A stretch of DNA of 64,000 nucleotides from Felis catus (lineage: Eukaryota): the NCBI RefSeq assembly GCF_018350175.1, contig NC_058369.1:21702001-21766000 (forward strand), given 5' to 3'. The notes beneath the pieces were generated by a model. That model saw only the letters and a list, made by a program, of their open reading frames with translations, did not search any database and was not told the DNA's origin. A program made the translations under genes and the position numbers. Shown piece after piece: positions 35,421 through 49,041 of the stretch. Position 1 is the first letter of the stretch, and every line of letters begins with the position of its first letter.

Positions 35421-35518
35421 ACAATGGGACCTACGGCAAGATCTGGGAGGGCAGCACCAGGTGCAACATTGAGAACTTCACCTTCCACAAGGTCCTGGGC
35501 AAAGGCAGCTTTGGGAAG
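35421..35518 (+). CDS. PRKCD: PKC-delta exon 12 ([33 protein letters not shown]; Gly-rich loop)
   Basis: 98 nt, AG/GT flanks, GxGxxG motif. Confidence 0.95.
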
Positions 35519-35559
35519 GTAAGGGGCTGTTTGGCCCTGGGGCAACTCAATGGACCTGA

Positions 35560-35997
<438 letters not shown>

Positions 35998-36051
35998 TAG
36001 AGTTACTTCAGCCCTTTTCTGTGCCTCTGCTCACCGCTCTTTCCACCCCAG

Positions 36052-36143
36052 GACCACTTGTTCTTCGTGATGGAGTTCCTCAACGGGGGGGACCTGATGT
36101 ACCACATCCAGGACAAAGGCCGCTTCGAGCTCTACCGTGCTAC
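36052..36143 (+). CDS. PRKCD: PKC-delta exon 14 ([30 protein letters not shown])
   Basis: 92 nt, AG/GT flanks. Confidence 0.97.
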
Positions 36144-36724
36144 GTATGTGAGGGACCTGTTGGGGGAGGAGCCCTGCTGGTCTGCCCTCTTTTCCTTCTT
36201 CCCTGTCCCTGGAGAAGCCAGCCTGGGCTAGAGCTGGGCTTGGAGAGATTTGGGGTGCCTGGGGCTGTCCCCACCATATGGGAAGCCACGGGTGGCGAGT
36301 GAGCTCTGGCTGACAGCACAGCACAGGCGTACTGGGGTCCTGTCCCCTGCTCCTTGAGCCTCAGCCTGGGCAGCCTTGCAGATGGTAATGCTGTACAACA
36401 CAGGACCCTGGTGTGTGGCCCCCAGACTAGTATGTACCCCTTCCCAAACTCTGTGGTGTGTGTGTGTGTATGTGTATATGTCTGTATAAATGTATACACT
36501 CATGACAGAACTGTCTCATTTGGAGCTTTTCCTTAATAATTTTCTTTTTGGTTGCCAGGCCCCCTCCCCCTCTTGCCTGATACAAGATGTGCTTAATCAG
36601 ACCCAGGTGGCCCATGGGGTTTTTTGCAGCATTTCCTGACCCTGGGGATAGGGGTGAGGGCCCAGGAAGAAGCAGGAGTTGGTCACGGAAATCCCAGAAC
36701 ACTTCGTCTCTCTCTGTCATCCAG

Positions 36725-36787
36725 GTTTTATGCAGCCGAGATCGTCTGTGGACTACAGTTTCTACACAACAAAGGGATCATTTACAG
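36725..36787 (+). CDS. PRKCD: PKC-delta exon 15 ([20 protein letters not shown])
   Basis: 63 nt, AG/GT flanks. Confidence 0.96.
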
Positions 36788-37776
36788 GTATGAGGAGGGG
36801 AGTGGTTGGGAGCCTTTCAGGAGGGAAAGCTCCAACCCATCATATCCCCCACAATGCTCTGAGTGAGGCCCAGCCCAGCCATGGCCCTATCTCTGCTTAG
36901 AGTCCGTTGTTAGTTGGGTGTTTGCCTAAACCTCCTACTCCATTGCTGGGATTCCTGTGGCCCCTCTGCTGAGGCTGGCCCAGCTCCAGGCACTGGGGAC
37001 TCATTGCCCATACTTGGTTCCACTGGTGGGAGTATGCACTGCCTGGTAGTGTCTCCCTTCCTTGGAGCAATCGATCTTGCTCCGAGGCCCCATCTGAGCA
37101 GTCTAAGCTTCCATCAGTAGGGACTTGTTCCATCAATTCTCACCCAATAAATGACAGTCCCGTCCTGCAGTGGATTAGTAAGGACCCATCAGAAAGGCTG
37201 ACTGTGCACTGATGTGGGACGGGGCTAAGCTACGTTGCCAGGTGGGTTACTAATCCGTGGGACAGTGTGCCTTGAATATTGGGATTCAGGATTTAGAAGG
37301 TGGGGGTGAGCGGCACATGGTGATGTGCTTGTCCGTGCCTGGGATCGCTCTGGGTATCGAGGTTAGGGAAAATGGACTTTGTGCTGTTTGCCCTTCTCTG
37401 GTACTTGTTACCATGTGCATAAATTACCTCCTCCAACCACAGACTGTGTAGAGCAGATGTGGTCCCTGCCCTCATGGAGTCAGACCAAACTGAGCTCGGG
37501 GCCGCCTCCACTGCTGACCAGCTAGGTGACCCTGGGCAAGTGACATCACCGCTCTGAGCCTCGATTCGGGCTTTAGGAAGTAGGATGGTGTATATCCAGC
37601 ATGTAGCACACCAGCAGGTGTTTTGCAGGGAACACCCGTTTTTAGCACGTCTTTCTCCTTCTGCATCCTTGCCTCTTTGTTATTCCCTTGTCCCTTTGGG
37701 GAGATTCCTAGGCTTACAGGGTTGGAAATGGGGCCATGGGGGCTGAGGGGAGAGGAGGGGGATTGGTCCCTGATGA

Positions 37777-38452
<676 letters not shown>

Positions 38453-38896
38453 TGAGTCCACTGCGCCGAGTCAGCCTGGTATGGTGATTATGAGCTTAGG
38501 GTCATAAGCTGAAGCTCAACTGAGTCTGTCTCCTTGTCTGCAAAATGGAGGCTACAGGGGAAACTGCCTCACAGAGTTTTTGGGAAAAAAACCATAAATG
38601 TGTGGTGCTCAGGTCTATGCCAGGCAGACAATAAACACCCAATGAACTCTACTGCTTTTAAGCACGGTCCTACCAACAGGAAGTCCTGGCAGCCCTACTC
38701 CATGGACTGTCATCTCTGAGGGGCCCAGCGGTGCAGCGGGGCCAGAGAGGACCCTCTTGGCTCCAGGGGCCCTGGGTTGTGCTGCTGGGTTGGACTAGAC
38801 CCGCCTGGGCACCCCTGGGCCTGCTCGGGGGGTTTGTGGAGGCTCTGGCCTGCCTGCAGCCCTCAGGTGCTAACCAGGGCCCCTACTGGGTTGCAG

Positions 38897-39025
38897 CTGC
38901 TTGAAAGGGATACAACCAAGAGGCTGGGAGTGACAGGGAACATCAAAATCCACCCCTTCTTCAAGACCATCAACTGGACTCTTCTGGAGAAACGAGCCGT
39001 GGAACCGCCCTTCAAGCCCAAAGTG
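38897..39025 (+). CDS. PRKCD: PKC-delta exon 18 ([43 protein letters not shown])
   Basis: 129 nt, ttgcag| and |GTACGT. Confidence 0.96.
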
Positions 39026-39930
39026 GTACGTGATCCCACTCCCATGGGGGCCCCTACTGGATGTTGCCCTCCGCTGCCTTCCTGTTGGGCATCTCCTTTG
39101 CTCTGCTTCTCTCTTGCTTCATTTACATGCCTTCCTCCTCTCCATTCTGCCAGCAAACCTGCTTTCCCGGCCTCACCTGCACATTCGGTCACAGCCTCTA
39201 CCCTTGTGTTCTCACCCTCTCTCTCCCTCACTCACTCAGTCAGTCAAGAAACAGTGGGAACTGCAGATCCAGACATTCTTTAGGGCCCCCTGTATGCAGG
39301 CGACTAGGCTTTGGGAATCAGAGTTAAGACCTCGCTCCCTCCCTCCCATCTGTCTTCCAAGAAATACTGGAAATGCTGGGAGCCTGCTGGCTGCCTGTTG
39401 AGTGCCTGATGGGTACCGTGCTGAGCTGCACTCCCAGGCCCAGAGCCAGAGAAACTCCAGCCCCTGGGGGAGATCATCACTTGCACACTGATGATCATTT
39501 GTGATAGGAAACGACAGTATGAGAGCTGTCACAAGGCCACACATGACCAGCTGTCACTGGGCGGGGGTGGGAGGGTCTGTCAGCAGGAGCCCAGATGTAG
39601 AGAACAGAGTGGGTCTGAGAAGAAGTGGGGTATGGGCAGGGTAGGGAGACTAGGCCAGGCAGAGGGCAGCTGCGAGGCATTCCAGACAGAGGAGGAATGT
39701 TCACACAAAGGCCCAGAATCTACAGAGGCCACCTAGGAGCCAGCAGGAGAGCAGAGGCAGGTTGGGGCCAGAATTCTTAGGTAAGAAGTTAGACTCTGTA
39801 GCCCTTCTCTGACCATAGCTCTTCCCTCTCGCTCCCTTTGTCTCTGTCAGGACACACTGCCCCCAGGCAGGCAGCCTGTGTAATGTGCCCCACATTTGTG
39901 TTTTGTCACCAGAGAGCATCGCCCTTGCTC

Positions 39931-40456
39931 CAGGGGTCTCAAACTCGGGGGCCCCTGGGCTGGGCACTGTATCACCAGCCCAGGCCAGCTGTAGGAAGGC
40001 CACACAGCCTGCTTTCAGTCTCTCGCTTTTGCTAGAAAGAGGGGCCGATTTATTTCTCTGCACTAGAAAACACAGGGCAGGTGTGTAGGTCAGCAGGGCC
40101 GTCAGTGGGAAATGACGGGGCCTCTGGCGAGCTGTCCGAGGGGCTTCAGTACCAAGAGTGGACCTCCCGGGAAATGGGGCCAAGGCTGTTTGCTCTGCCA
40201 GTTTTCAAAAGAAGCCAGAAATCTGGGTTTTTATGTCAAATTGTCCAATTTTAAAACAATTGGCTAGGGGCGCCTGGGTGGCTCAGTCTGTTAAGCGTCC
40301 AACTTTAGTTCAGGTCATGATCTCGCAGTTCGTGGGTTTGAGCCCCGCATCAGGCTCTGTGATGACAGCTTGGAGCCTGGAGTCTGTTTTGGATTTTGTG
40401 TTTGCTCCTCTCTTGCTCATGCTCTGTCTCTCTCTCTCTCTGAAAAATAAATAAAC

Positions 40457-40511
<55 letters not shown>

Positions 40512-40620
40512 CTTTTAAAAAATAAAAAATAATTGACTCAAATCCCATTAAAACCCAGTACCAGTCAAAATGATTGTACCTACCTGCTCAGTTTGGCCTG
40601 AAGGCCACCAGCCTGAGATC
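39931..40620. mobile_element. Probable MER102-like hAT element interrupted by a SINE
   Basis: caggggtctcaaactc start and ccagaaatctgggtttttatgtcaaatt...ttttaaaa segment resemble the recalled family. Confidence 0.4.
40267..40530 (+). mobile_element. CAN-SINE with (TA)~25 tail
   Basis: ggggcgcctgggtggctcag head; (TA)n 40459-40508; TSD-like aaaa(c/t)aattg(g/a)ct. Confidence 0.9.
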
Positions 40621-40647
40621 TAGTATCATTCCATTGTATCCTCAGAA

Positions 40648-40958
40648 GCAGACTTGGCAAACTTGTCCTGGAACAGGCTGGTGCTAAATATTTCAGGCTT
40701 TGCAGGCCAGTCTCAAAGCAGCCATAGAAGATTTGTCAACGAATGTGTATAGTCTTATACTAATAAAACTTTATTTACAGGCACTGAAATTTGGATTTCA
40801 TTTAAATTTTACATATCATGAAATATTAATCTCCTTTTGATTTTTTTTCCCTAAACATTAAAAATGTGAAAGCCATTCTTTTTTTTTTTTTTTGAAGCCA
40901 TTCTTAAAGCTTTTGGTGGGTGGGGTTCGCTCACGGGCTGTGGTTTGCTAGAACCCTG
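40648..40958. mobile_element. MER58-like hAT DNA transposon
   Basis: ttggcaaac...aaatatttcaggctttgcaggcc...aataaaactttatttac...ggctgtggtttgct pattern. Confidence 0.6.
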
Positions 40959-41109
40959 TTCAGGATGATGCCCACCTCTCCTTATCCAGGCCCAGAGTTC
41001 CTTGATGGCTTCCTTTATCCCCCTGGTGAGATAGCACCCACTAACCAGCTGGGATCCTCTCAGGCTCTTGGGAGAGACTCCCTTTTCTGTTCTTAATAAG
41101 GCTGGCTCA

Positions 41110-41633
<524 letters not shown>

Positions 41634-41970
41634 GACTTCCAGACATGCCCCCCAACCCTCCCCAGCTGAGGAGCCTGCGTCAGCCAGCACGGCCTGCCCA
41701 TCCAGCCCGAGGCAGAGCAGACTGGGTGTCCCCCTTCATCGGTACCTGCCCGCCGCCCCCCCCCCCAACAATGAGCAACAGTGTGATTGTCTGATTTCTG
41801 CTGCTGCCACCCCCTTACCTCCAGGAGGGGCCTCAGCTCCTGTCTGGCTGGGCTCTTATGGTACTTCTGTGAACTATGTGTGAATTTGCTTTTCCTCTGC
41901 CATCAGAGGGAAATTGTAAATCCTGTGTTTCATTACTTGAATGTAGTTATCTATTGAAAAAATATATTAT

Positions 41971-42001
<31 letters not shown>
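41971..42001. repeat. (AC)10(AT)5 microsatellite in the PRKCD 3' UTR
   Basis: Direct observation. Confidence 0.9.
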
Positions 42002-42180
42002 ATAGGCTGTATATATTGCTCAGTATAGAAGAAACATATGAGGGACTGGTGATCTATTGATTTTTTAAAATATATATGTATATATATACACATATATACA
42101 CAGATACATATATGTGACCACAAAAAACAAAAAAGAGCACAAGCTGTTTGAACCACCAGGTTCTTTTATCTGTGTGTCTG

Positions 42181-42186
42181 AATAAA
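42181..42186 (+). terminator. PRKCD: PRKCD polyadenylation signal AATAAA
   Basis: First canonical hexamer after the stop codon. Confidence 0.8.
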
Positions 42187-45100
42187 CACCAAATGGTACT
42201 GACCTGGCTGTCGGGACACATTTGTCCCAGGAACGCTGGTGGCCGCTGCTCCCACTTCTGGAAGCTCTATCCCGGAAGCTAACTGAGCTGTTAGCTGCAG
42301 ACACAGACACCTGGGTTTTCATGCAAATGTGTTTGTATTTATGGGTTTCCTGTGCCTTTAAGGCCCTGGGCCTAAAGCAGAAACCTTTTTTCTGGGTGGC
42401 TGAAGGGAGTCCTGAATGTGTCTGTGGGGCGATGGGAGGAGGTGGGACCCACCACAGGCTGTGTTAGGAGAGTGAGGGCCAGTCTGGAAGAGCAGAGAGA
42501 CATGAGCAAAGGCTTGGAGGCTGGCCCGGACTGGGGAGGACAGAGAAGAGGAAGAGGAATAGGGCTGAGGCTTCAGGCCCATCTAGATTCAAATCCCAGC
42601 GTAGCCAAAAGACATGGGCCTATCACTTAATCATCTTAAGGCTCAGCTTCCTCAACTGCAACATGGGGACAAGGCGAGGTGATAACTAGATGGAACTCTG
42701 TATCTCATCGCTATTTTTCCCTGTCCCTGCCACAGAGAAGTCTGTGTTAGAGTTCTAGAATCTACTTCTCAAGAGTCCTTGCCTGCCTGGGGAAGGGGAG
42801 GGGAGCAGGATGGGAGAAGAAGGATGAGAACATGCTGAGCAGCTGCATCGGGGTTGAGCACCATGCTCCAGTGTGCCTGCGGTGTGGTGAGGACACTGGC
42901 TCCGAGAGACAAAGGTGGCGACCAGTGACCCCTGAGCATGGGCAGCTCTCCCTTACCGCCACCTCGGTGTTTCCCTCCCTCTGGCTTCCCATTTCTTCCT
43001 CTCAGCCTCTTTCCCTACTCCTCCCCCCTTCTCTACCACCCCCCCACTCTGGGCCACAGGCCTGAGGCAGGGCCTGCCCTCCAGCCCCCCTGGTCCAGCC
43101 CCTGGCCCTTCATCCCTGGAGGTGGGCAAAATGCCCCAGTGCCTGATTGGTTGGCCCTGACAGCCGGGCAGCTGACTTCCAGCAAGTTCATTTTTCTGGG
43201 CTGAGGTACAAGTTTCCAAGGCTGGAGAGAGGTGGGATGAGGTGGGGCTGGTGCTGGCCAGGGGAGGGGGCTGTGGGGATGGGGGCAGCACACTCTCCCC
43301 AGAGAGACTAAAGGCCCCCTCCCCTCTCCATCCACCAGCCGTACTCTCTGGAAAGCAGTCGTTGAATCCCCCCTCTGCTGAACAGCAGTGAAAACCCCCG
43401 AAGTGGGACTCACGGTCAGGTGGAAGAGACAGCGTGGCATGGGCTGTGCTGGGGGATCCCGACCCCTACCTCTGCTGCAATACACACAAGGCCCCGAGAG
43501 ACCCCGTGGGGCTGTGCAGAGTGAGTTTAGAACGAAAGTACAGTTGGTGTTTGAACTCCAAGCCTCTTTCCATTGTTCTGCAGCTCCAAGGCAGAGCCTT
43601 GCACCGAGAGCCCCAGCTTCCTCCTGTGTGGAGTGGGGATGAGTGGTTTATCAGTCAGAGGCAGCAGAGGGTGATGGGAAGAACGTGGTGCTGAGAGTCA
43701 GGAGCCTGGAGTTTGAGTTTCACTCTGCCATCCACGAGGTTTTTCATTGAGCTTCAGTTCCCTCATCTGTAAAATGGGACAATCTTGCTGCTTTGAGGAG
43801 CTCTTGGCTTTAGGGAGCCCCTTAAGGACTGATGCTTGTACCCCACGGGGTACAAGAGCCCAGGAAAGGGCAGGGGCTGGGCCTATGGAGCCCACCTCAA
43901 GCAGCCCGGGAAGGGGAAGCAATGGCCAGGGTGCTGCCAAACTCCCTGGGAGGCTGTGTGGCTCCAGGCCTGTTGTCAGAGCTGGGTAGGTGCCAGGCCT
44001 GACCCAGCAGCCTCAGGAAATGCCTCTTGTGGCTGGGCCCAGAACCACATTTACACTGAAACCTGGGGATCCAGAAGCAGGCAGGCTATTCCCCTCCACC
44101 TACCAAGTAGGTGTGCAAACGGAGCAGTGAGCTCAGCCCCCCTCACCCCCTGCAGGGGTCAGATGGAGTGCTGTGCCCTGCCCGAAATGTGTGCCAGGCC
44201 TCGAACTCAGTGCTGGGCAGGCATGGTAACGGATGCAGGAGGGCCTGGGGGGCAGGAACATGGGCTCTGCTGTCAGATGGCCCCGGGTTCGACTCCTGCT
44301 TGTCCCTAGTTGGTGACCTCAGGGAGTGACAACCTCCTGGAGCTTCAACCTCCTTTTCTGTGAAGTGGGGATAACCATGCTGCTGCTTGTGGGTGAGGAG
44401 GAGGTCTCTAAGAGCTCCCCACGGACTCAGGACACAAAAATAGGCTTAGTCAACAGCAGTCATGTGATTCCATTCCCTCATTCAGGGCAGAGGACCTACC
44501 AGCTGCACGTGCAGTTTGAATTCCTGGCCTCTGACTGGACAGTGGGGGGCAACTTGGCAGTTTCGATTAAAACCTCAGACGCCCCCGCCCCATGTCCCAG
44601 CCATCCCCCTTCTCAGGCAGAGCTGCCCAGAGGAACCTCACCCACAGGCCCCAGGAGGCTGGCCCAGGATGCCTGCCATTGCATGGATTAATTGGGAAGG
44701 AAGCAGAAAGCCCAGCAGTTGGGGAGCTGGTTGAATACTTTCCCAACATAAAAAGTGGTGCAAGGCCAGGAGACCAAAATGAGCAAGTTAGAAAGATTCA
44801 GAGTGACTCCACCCAGTAGTTCTATGTGCCAGCTTATGAAGGCACCCATAGGTTCTGGGAGCACAGGGCGGGGCTACAGAGAGGGATGAATGAATGAATG
44901 GACTGCCCAGACCAAAGTCCCTTTAAGGCTCTCAAATTCAGCGTGCAGCACGTACTGATGAGACATGGCCACTATGCCAAGTTCTAAGCAGCAGGTCTCA
45001 GCGCTGACAGCACGTTGGAACCCCATGCTCAGGGTGCCTGTGTCTAATAAAAAATGGTGATCTCTGGAGAAGGACCAGGCATCAGCATTTTTAAAGCTCC

Positions 45101-45201
45101 CTGGAGGGTCCAACCTGCATCAGGATTGGGAGCCAGTTAGGTGGGAGCCATGAATCTGCATTTTGCCCAGTCGTCCAAGGGAAGTCAGGAAATGCGGCTC
45201 T

Positions 45202-45408
45202 GGAGCACCTGGGTGGCTCAGTTGGTTTAAGAGTCTGACTTCGGCTCAGGTCATGATCTCACGGCTCTTGAGTTCAGGCCTGCATCAGTCTCTCTGCTCA
45301 GAGCCCACTTCGGATCATCTGTTTCCGCCCCCCCCCCCCCCCCCCCGCCCTCTCCGGCTCTCTCTCTCTCTCAAAAAATAAGTAAATATTAAAAAAACAT
45401 AATAAAAA
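45202..45408 (+). mobile_element. CAN-SINE (diverged, internal poly-C)
   Basis: Head gcacctgggtggctcag; TSD aggaaa(t/c)gc(g/t)gctctg. Confidence 0.82.
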
Positions 45409-45521
45409 GGAAACGCTGCTCTGAACAGGCCACACCCTGGAAGGTGAAGTCACCAGCCTTTACCGCTGGGACCCTGAGTCCAGGAGCTCCGTGGCCAGAA
45501 AGCCTGAAGCTGGCTGTGCTA

Positions 45522-45540
45522 CAGCGCCCTCTGGTGGCCG
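45522..45540 (-). promoter_or_regulatory. CTCF binding motif (reverse orientation)
   Basis: Minus strand reads CGGCCACCAGAGGGCGCTG, a near-perfect CTCF core. Confidence 0.75.
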
Positions 45541-46379
45541 GTTTTGCTGCAGGCTCAGGCCAGGGAGGACCCGCTTTGTGCCAGATACTGTGTTGAGTTC
45601 TTAATCCCCACCGTGTCAGTAGTCCCTGGGGAAATATTCCAGCAAGGAGATGCTGGAGGACCATTTTTAAGAGACTCAGGGATGCGAAGGTTATACATCT
45701 AGACGTCTGTCCTGACCTGTAAGAGGATCCTGGGGCTAGTCCACATCTCTAACCCATTCTCTGGCATTCGTCCCAACATTACAGTCACATTTCCTTAATT
45801 TATTCCTTATTAAAGTGTGCATAGCTGATATGAGCTGGGAGCTCCCTGTTCTCCTCAAGTTTTAATAGCAGGAAACGAGGTGTGTCGAATTTGCCAAGGT
45901 GGGAGGGGCTAGTGAGTCCAGGACCTCCCACGGATGCTCTTGGCCTCATTCCAGCAGGCTGGGGGTTTGTACTCTGGAGCCCACCGTGCACCTGCCTTCT
46001 CTTTGGCCCCTCTAAGCTGGGTGGGACCTCTGGCTCCCTCTTGCGGCCTGACTGTGCCCAGCAGGTGACCTCAGACTATCCTGTGGGTGGTTAGAGGCTG
46101 GAAAAGCTCCTGTTGGTTCCTCTGAGTCCTGACTACCTTCCCAGGCACCTTCTTATCTCCTTGGTTCTGGCGAAGGGGAGATGCGCACAACTGGAAAATG
46201 GAACCTGGTAGCAGAGAAGGAGAAGGGGGGCAAAGGAAGACCCTCAAAGGTGGATTCTAGGCCCAAGTCAGTACGGCTCAGGTGAGGCCAGACCTGTGAG
46301 GTTTGGGGCACTCCCTGGGTCTTTCATGTGATTGAATACAGCCCTCTGTAGTCTCAGTGATTTGAACCTTTGAAACTTT

Positions 46380-46596
46380 GGGGCGCCTGGGTGGCTCAGT
46401 CAGTTAAGCGTCCAACTTCAGCTCAGGTCATGATCTCACACTCCATGAGTTCAAGCCCTGCGTCAGGCTCTGTGCTGACAACTCAGAGCTTGGAGCCTGC
46501 TTCAGATTCTGTGTCTCCCTCTCTCTCTGCCGCTCCCCTGCTCATGCTCTGTCTCTCTGTGTCTCAAAAATAAATAAAAACATTAAAAAAAATAAA
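46380..46596 (+). mobile_element. CAN-SINE
   Basis: Full-length; 15-bp TSD aacctttgaaacttt. Confidence 0.92.
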
Positions 46597-47459
46597 CCTT
46601 TGAAACTTTAACACCAGTCCCCAAATCAGGCTTTTTCAGCGACCTTAGAAGACCCCCAATTTATTCTCTTTCCCTGCTGAGAAATACATACTCTGAAAGC
46701 CCTGCCATTTACTGTTCAGCCCACATTAAGCACCATACAAAGCTCCAAGTCTTCTGGGGGAAGACATTTTTCCTTTTTATTCTTCTGAGATGGGAGTTTA
46801 GCTTTCTGCTGATTTCACCTGTGTTGGTGGAGGGACGGTTTCTGTGGGTGGCATGGCAGTTTGGGGCTCTGTTACCAAATTCATGCATTCTGACACAGAA
46901 TGGGTGCCTGCTCTGTGCCAGGAGCTCAACAGGCAGCCTTTGGAGCTGTCACTCAACAGGGCTGATCTAGCACTTACTGTGTGTGTGTGTTTTAAGAGCT
47001 CGTGAAGGGGACACCCTGAGTCTAGCACTGTGCTTGATGCTTTCCCTACAGCATCGAAGACAATTCATCCTCACAACAGTCCCATGAGGAGAAAACTGGT
47101 AGTCTTCCCATTTTATAAATCAGCAAACTGAGTCTCTGAGAGGTCAAGGACAACTTGCCCTGGGGCTCTGGGCTGGGGGCTCTGTTGTGATGTTTTCTGC
47201 AGAGACAAGAAATCTCCCACAGTCTCCAGGGCTTGCTCAGGAGCTATTAGGGAGAGCACGTGAGTCCCTTGCCCTGGTCCCCAAAGGCTCCAGGAAGAGG
47301 GAAGGTGGGCCTGGTGACAGGCAGAGACAATGGAGGGCAGGTAGGATGGGGCATGGGCAAGCTGCCATAGAGCTGAAAGGACCCTCAGAGAGGGTGAATC
47401 TTCAGTGGGGATCTCTGTGGATTCACGATGGAAAACCGAGCTTAAAGAAGGAAAGGGGT

Positions 47460-47665
47460 GGGGCACCTGGGTGGCTCGTCCGTTGAGCTACTGACTTTGG
47501 CTCAGGTCATGATCTTGGATTCGTGAGTTTGAGCCCTGCATGGGGCTCGCTACTGTCAGCATGGAGCCCAGTGCAGAACCTCTGTCCCCCTCTCTCTGCC
47601 CCTCCCCTGCTCACACTGCCTCTCAAAAATAAACATTTCAAAAACAAAACAAAAAAAAAAAAGAA
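47460..47665 (+). mobile_element. CAN-SINE
   Basis: Head ggggcacctgggtggctc, A tail. Confidence 0.85.
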
Positions 47666-48361
47666 AAGGGGCTGGGCTGGGTCACACAGGGAGGCAGAAG
47701 CTGGGACAAAGGCAGACCCTCAGGGGGAACAGCCATTTGTGTCCCCAGCCTTCCCCTTCCCGTAGGGCAGCAGCGTGCCTCCTCCTTTCTGTCCACTGCA
47801 GGCTCACACCGAGCCTGGCACACAGTGGGCAGTCAGGAAACGCTGATGAATGAACACGAGTGAGCATGAAGCATCCACTGAGCACTTGCTATACCCCCAG
47901 CACTGTCCTGCCCCTCCTTCTCTGTCCCCTGCCCCTGCTCTGGGATGGGGAGGGTCAAGGGTAAGTAGGGACAAGCAGGGGAGGCTGCCAGTCCTGCCGG
48001 GTGGCCTTAGCAGTGGCAGGTGACCAGAACCCAGCGACCTCAGAAGGTGATGTCCACCATCTGGTGGGTGGCAGAGATCCAAAGCCCGTTTAAGAGAAAG
48101 GCAGCTGCGGCTGGTCACAGTCCAGTAGAAACCTGCCATCAATAATATTGGCAAGTCCTCTGAAGCAACTTCCTGGGTTTTAAATCATGAGTTCAGAAAC
48201 AATTAAGCATCCTTTGAATCAAATAAGTTAAAAATAATGCATTTCATAAAAGGCTTGCTTTGAATTAAAAATGGATCTCGTTAAGCTTAAATGTTCTTGA
48301 ATGCCCCGTTTGAAAACAATGTCTTTTTTAAAGCTATTCCTCTAAATGTGCCAGTGGTTTT

Positions 48362-48550
48362 ATTTTTCTTTAATGTTTATTTATTTATTTTGAGTGGGGG
48401 AGGGGCAGAGGGAGGAAGAGAGAATCCCAAGCAGGCTCTGCTCTGTCAGCACAGAGCCCTCTGCAGGGCTTGATCTCACAAACCATGAGGTCATGACCTG
48501 AGCCGAAGTCGAGAGTCGGACACTTAAGTGACTGAGCCACCCAGGTGCCC
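48362..48550 (-). mobile_element. CAN-SINE
   Basis: Reverse-complement head (gagccacccaggtgccc) and T-rich tail. Confidence 0.85.
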
Positions 48551-48825
48551 TGAAAACAATGTATGTTTAAAAAAGAAAAAAAGATTGTCTTTAAGTCCTC
48601 ATGCAGGTTTGTCAATAGCTGGATATCAAACGCCCCTGTTTTTGTTGGGCTCGTATTCATACTCAGCCTAATGTGTGCCAGATGGTGGCAGTGCTTATGG
48701 CCAACCCATAGGATGCAGGTGTGGAGCCAGATATAGGTCTACACCTGCCTGACCCATCCCCAGCTGTTACTCGGCCTCTCTGAGTCTCAGTTTCCTCACC
48801 TGTAGCTTGTTCATAACAGCACCTT

Positions 48826-49041
48826 CTTTTTTTTTCTTTTTTTAAATGTTTTTATTTATTTTTGAGACAGAGAGAGAGCATGAGCAGAGGAGGAGCAGAG
48901 AGGGAGACACAGAATCCAAAGCAGGCTCCAGGCTCTGAGCTGTCAGCACGGAGCCTGACGCGGGGCTCGAAGTCACAGACCGTGAGATCATGACCTGGGC
49001 TGAAGTCGCACGCTTAACCGACGGAGCCACGCAGGCGCCCC
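48826..49041 (-). mobile_element. CAN-SINE
   Basis: Reverse-complement full-length copy; TSD acagcaccttcttt. Confidence 0.9.

Larger units (their letters stand above)
41634..42200 (+). other. PRKCD: PRKCD 3' UTR (end approximate)
   Basis: Runs from the stop codon to AATAAA at 42181; AT-rich distal part with miRNA and Pumilio motifs. Confidence 0.8.

Noticed and set aside
48051..48695. Additional CTCF-like strings (CCACCATCTGGTGG ~48054; CCAGATGGTGGCAG ~48678)
   Set aside because: Mismatches at core positions; cannot be supported without a matrix scan.
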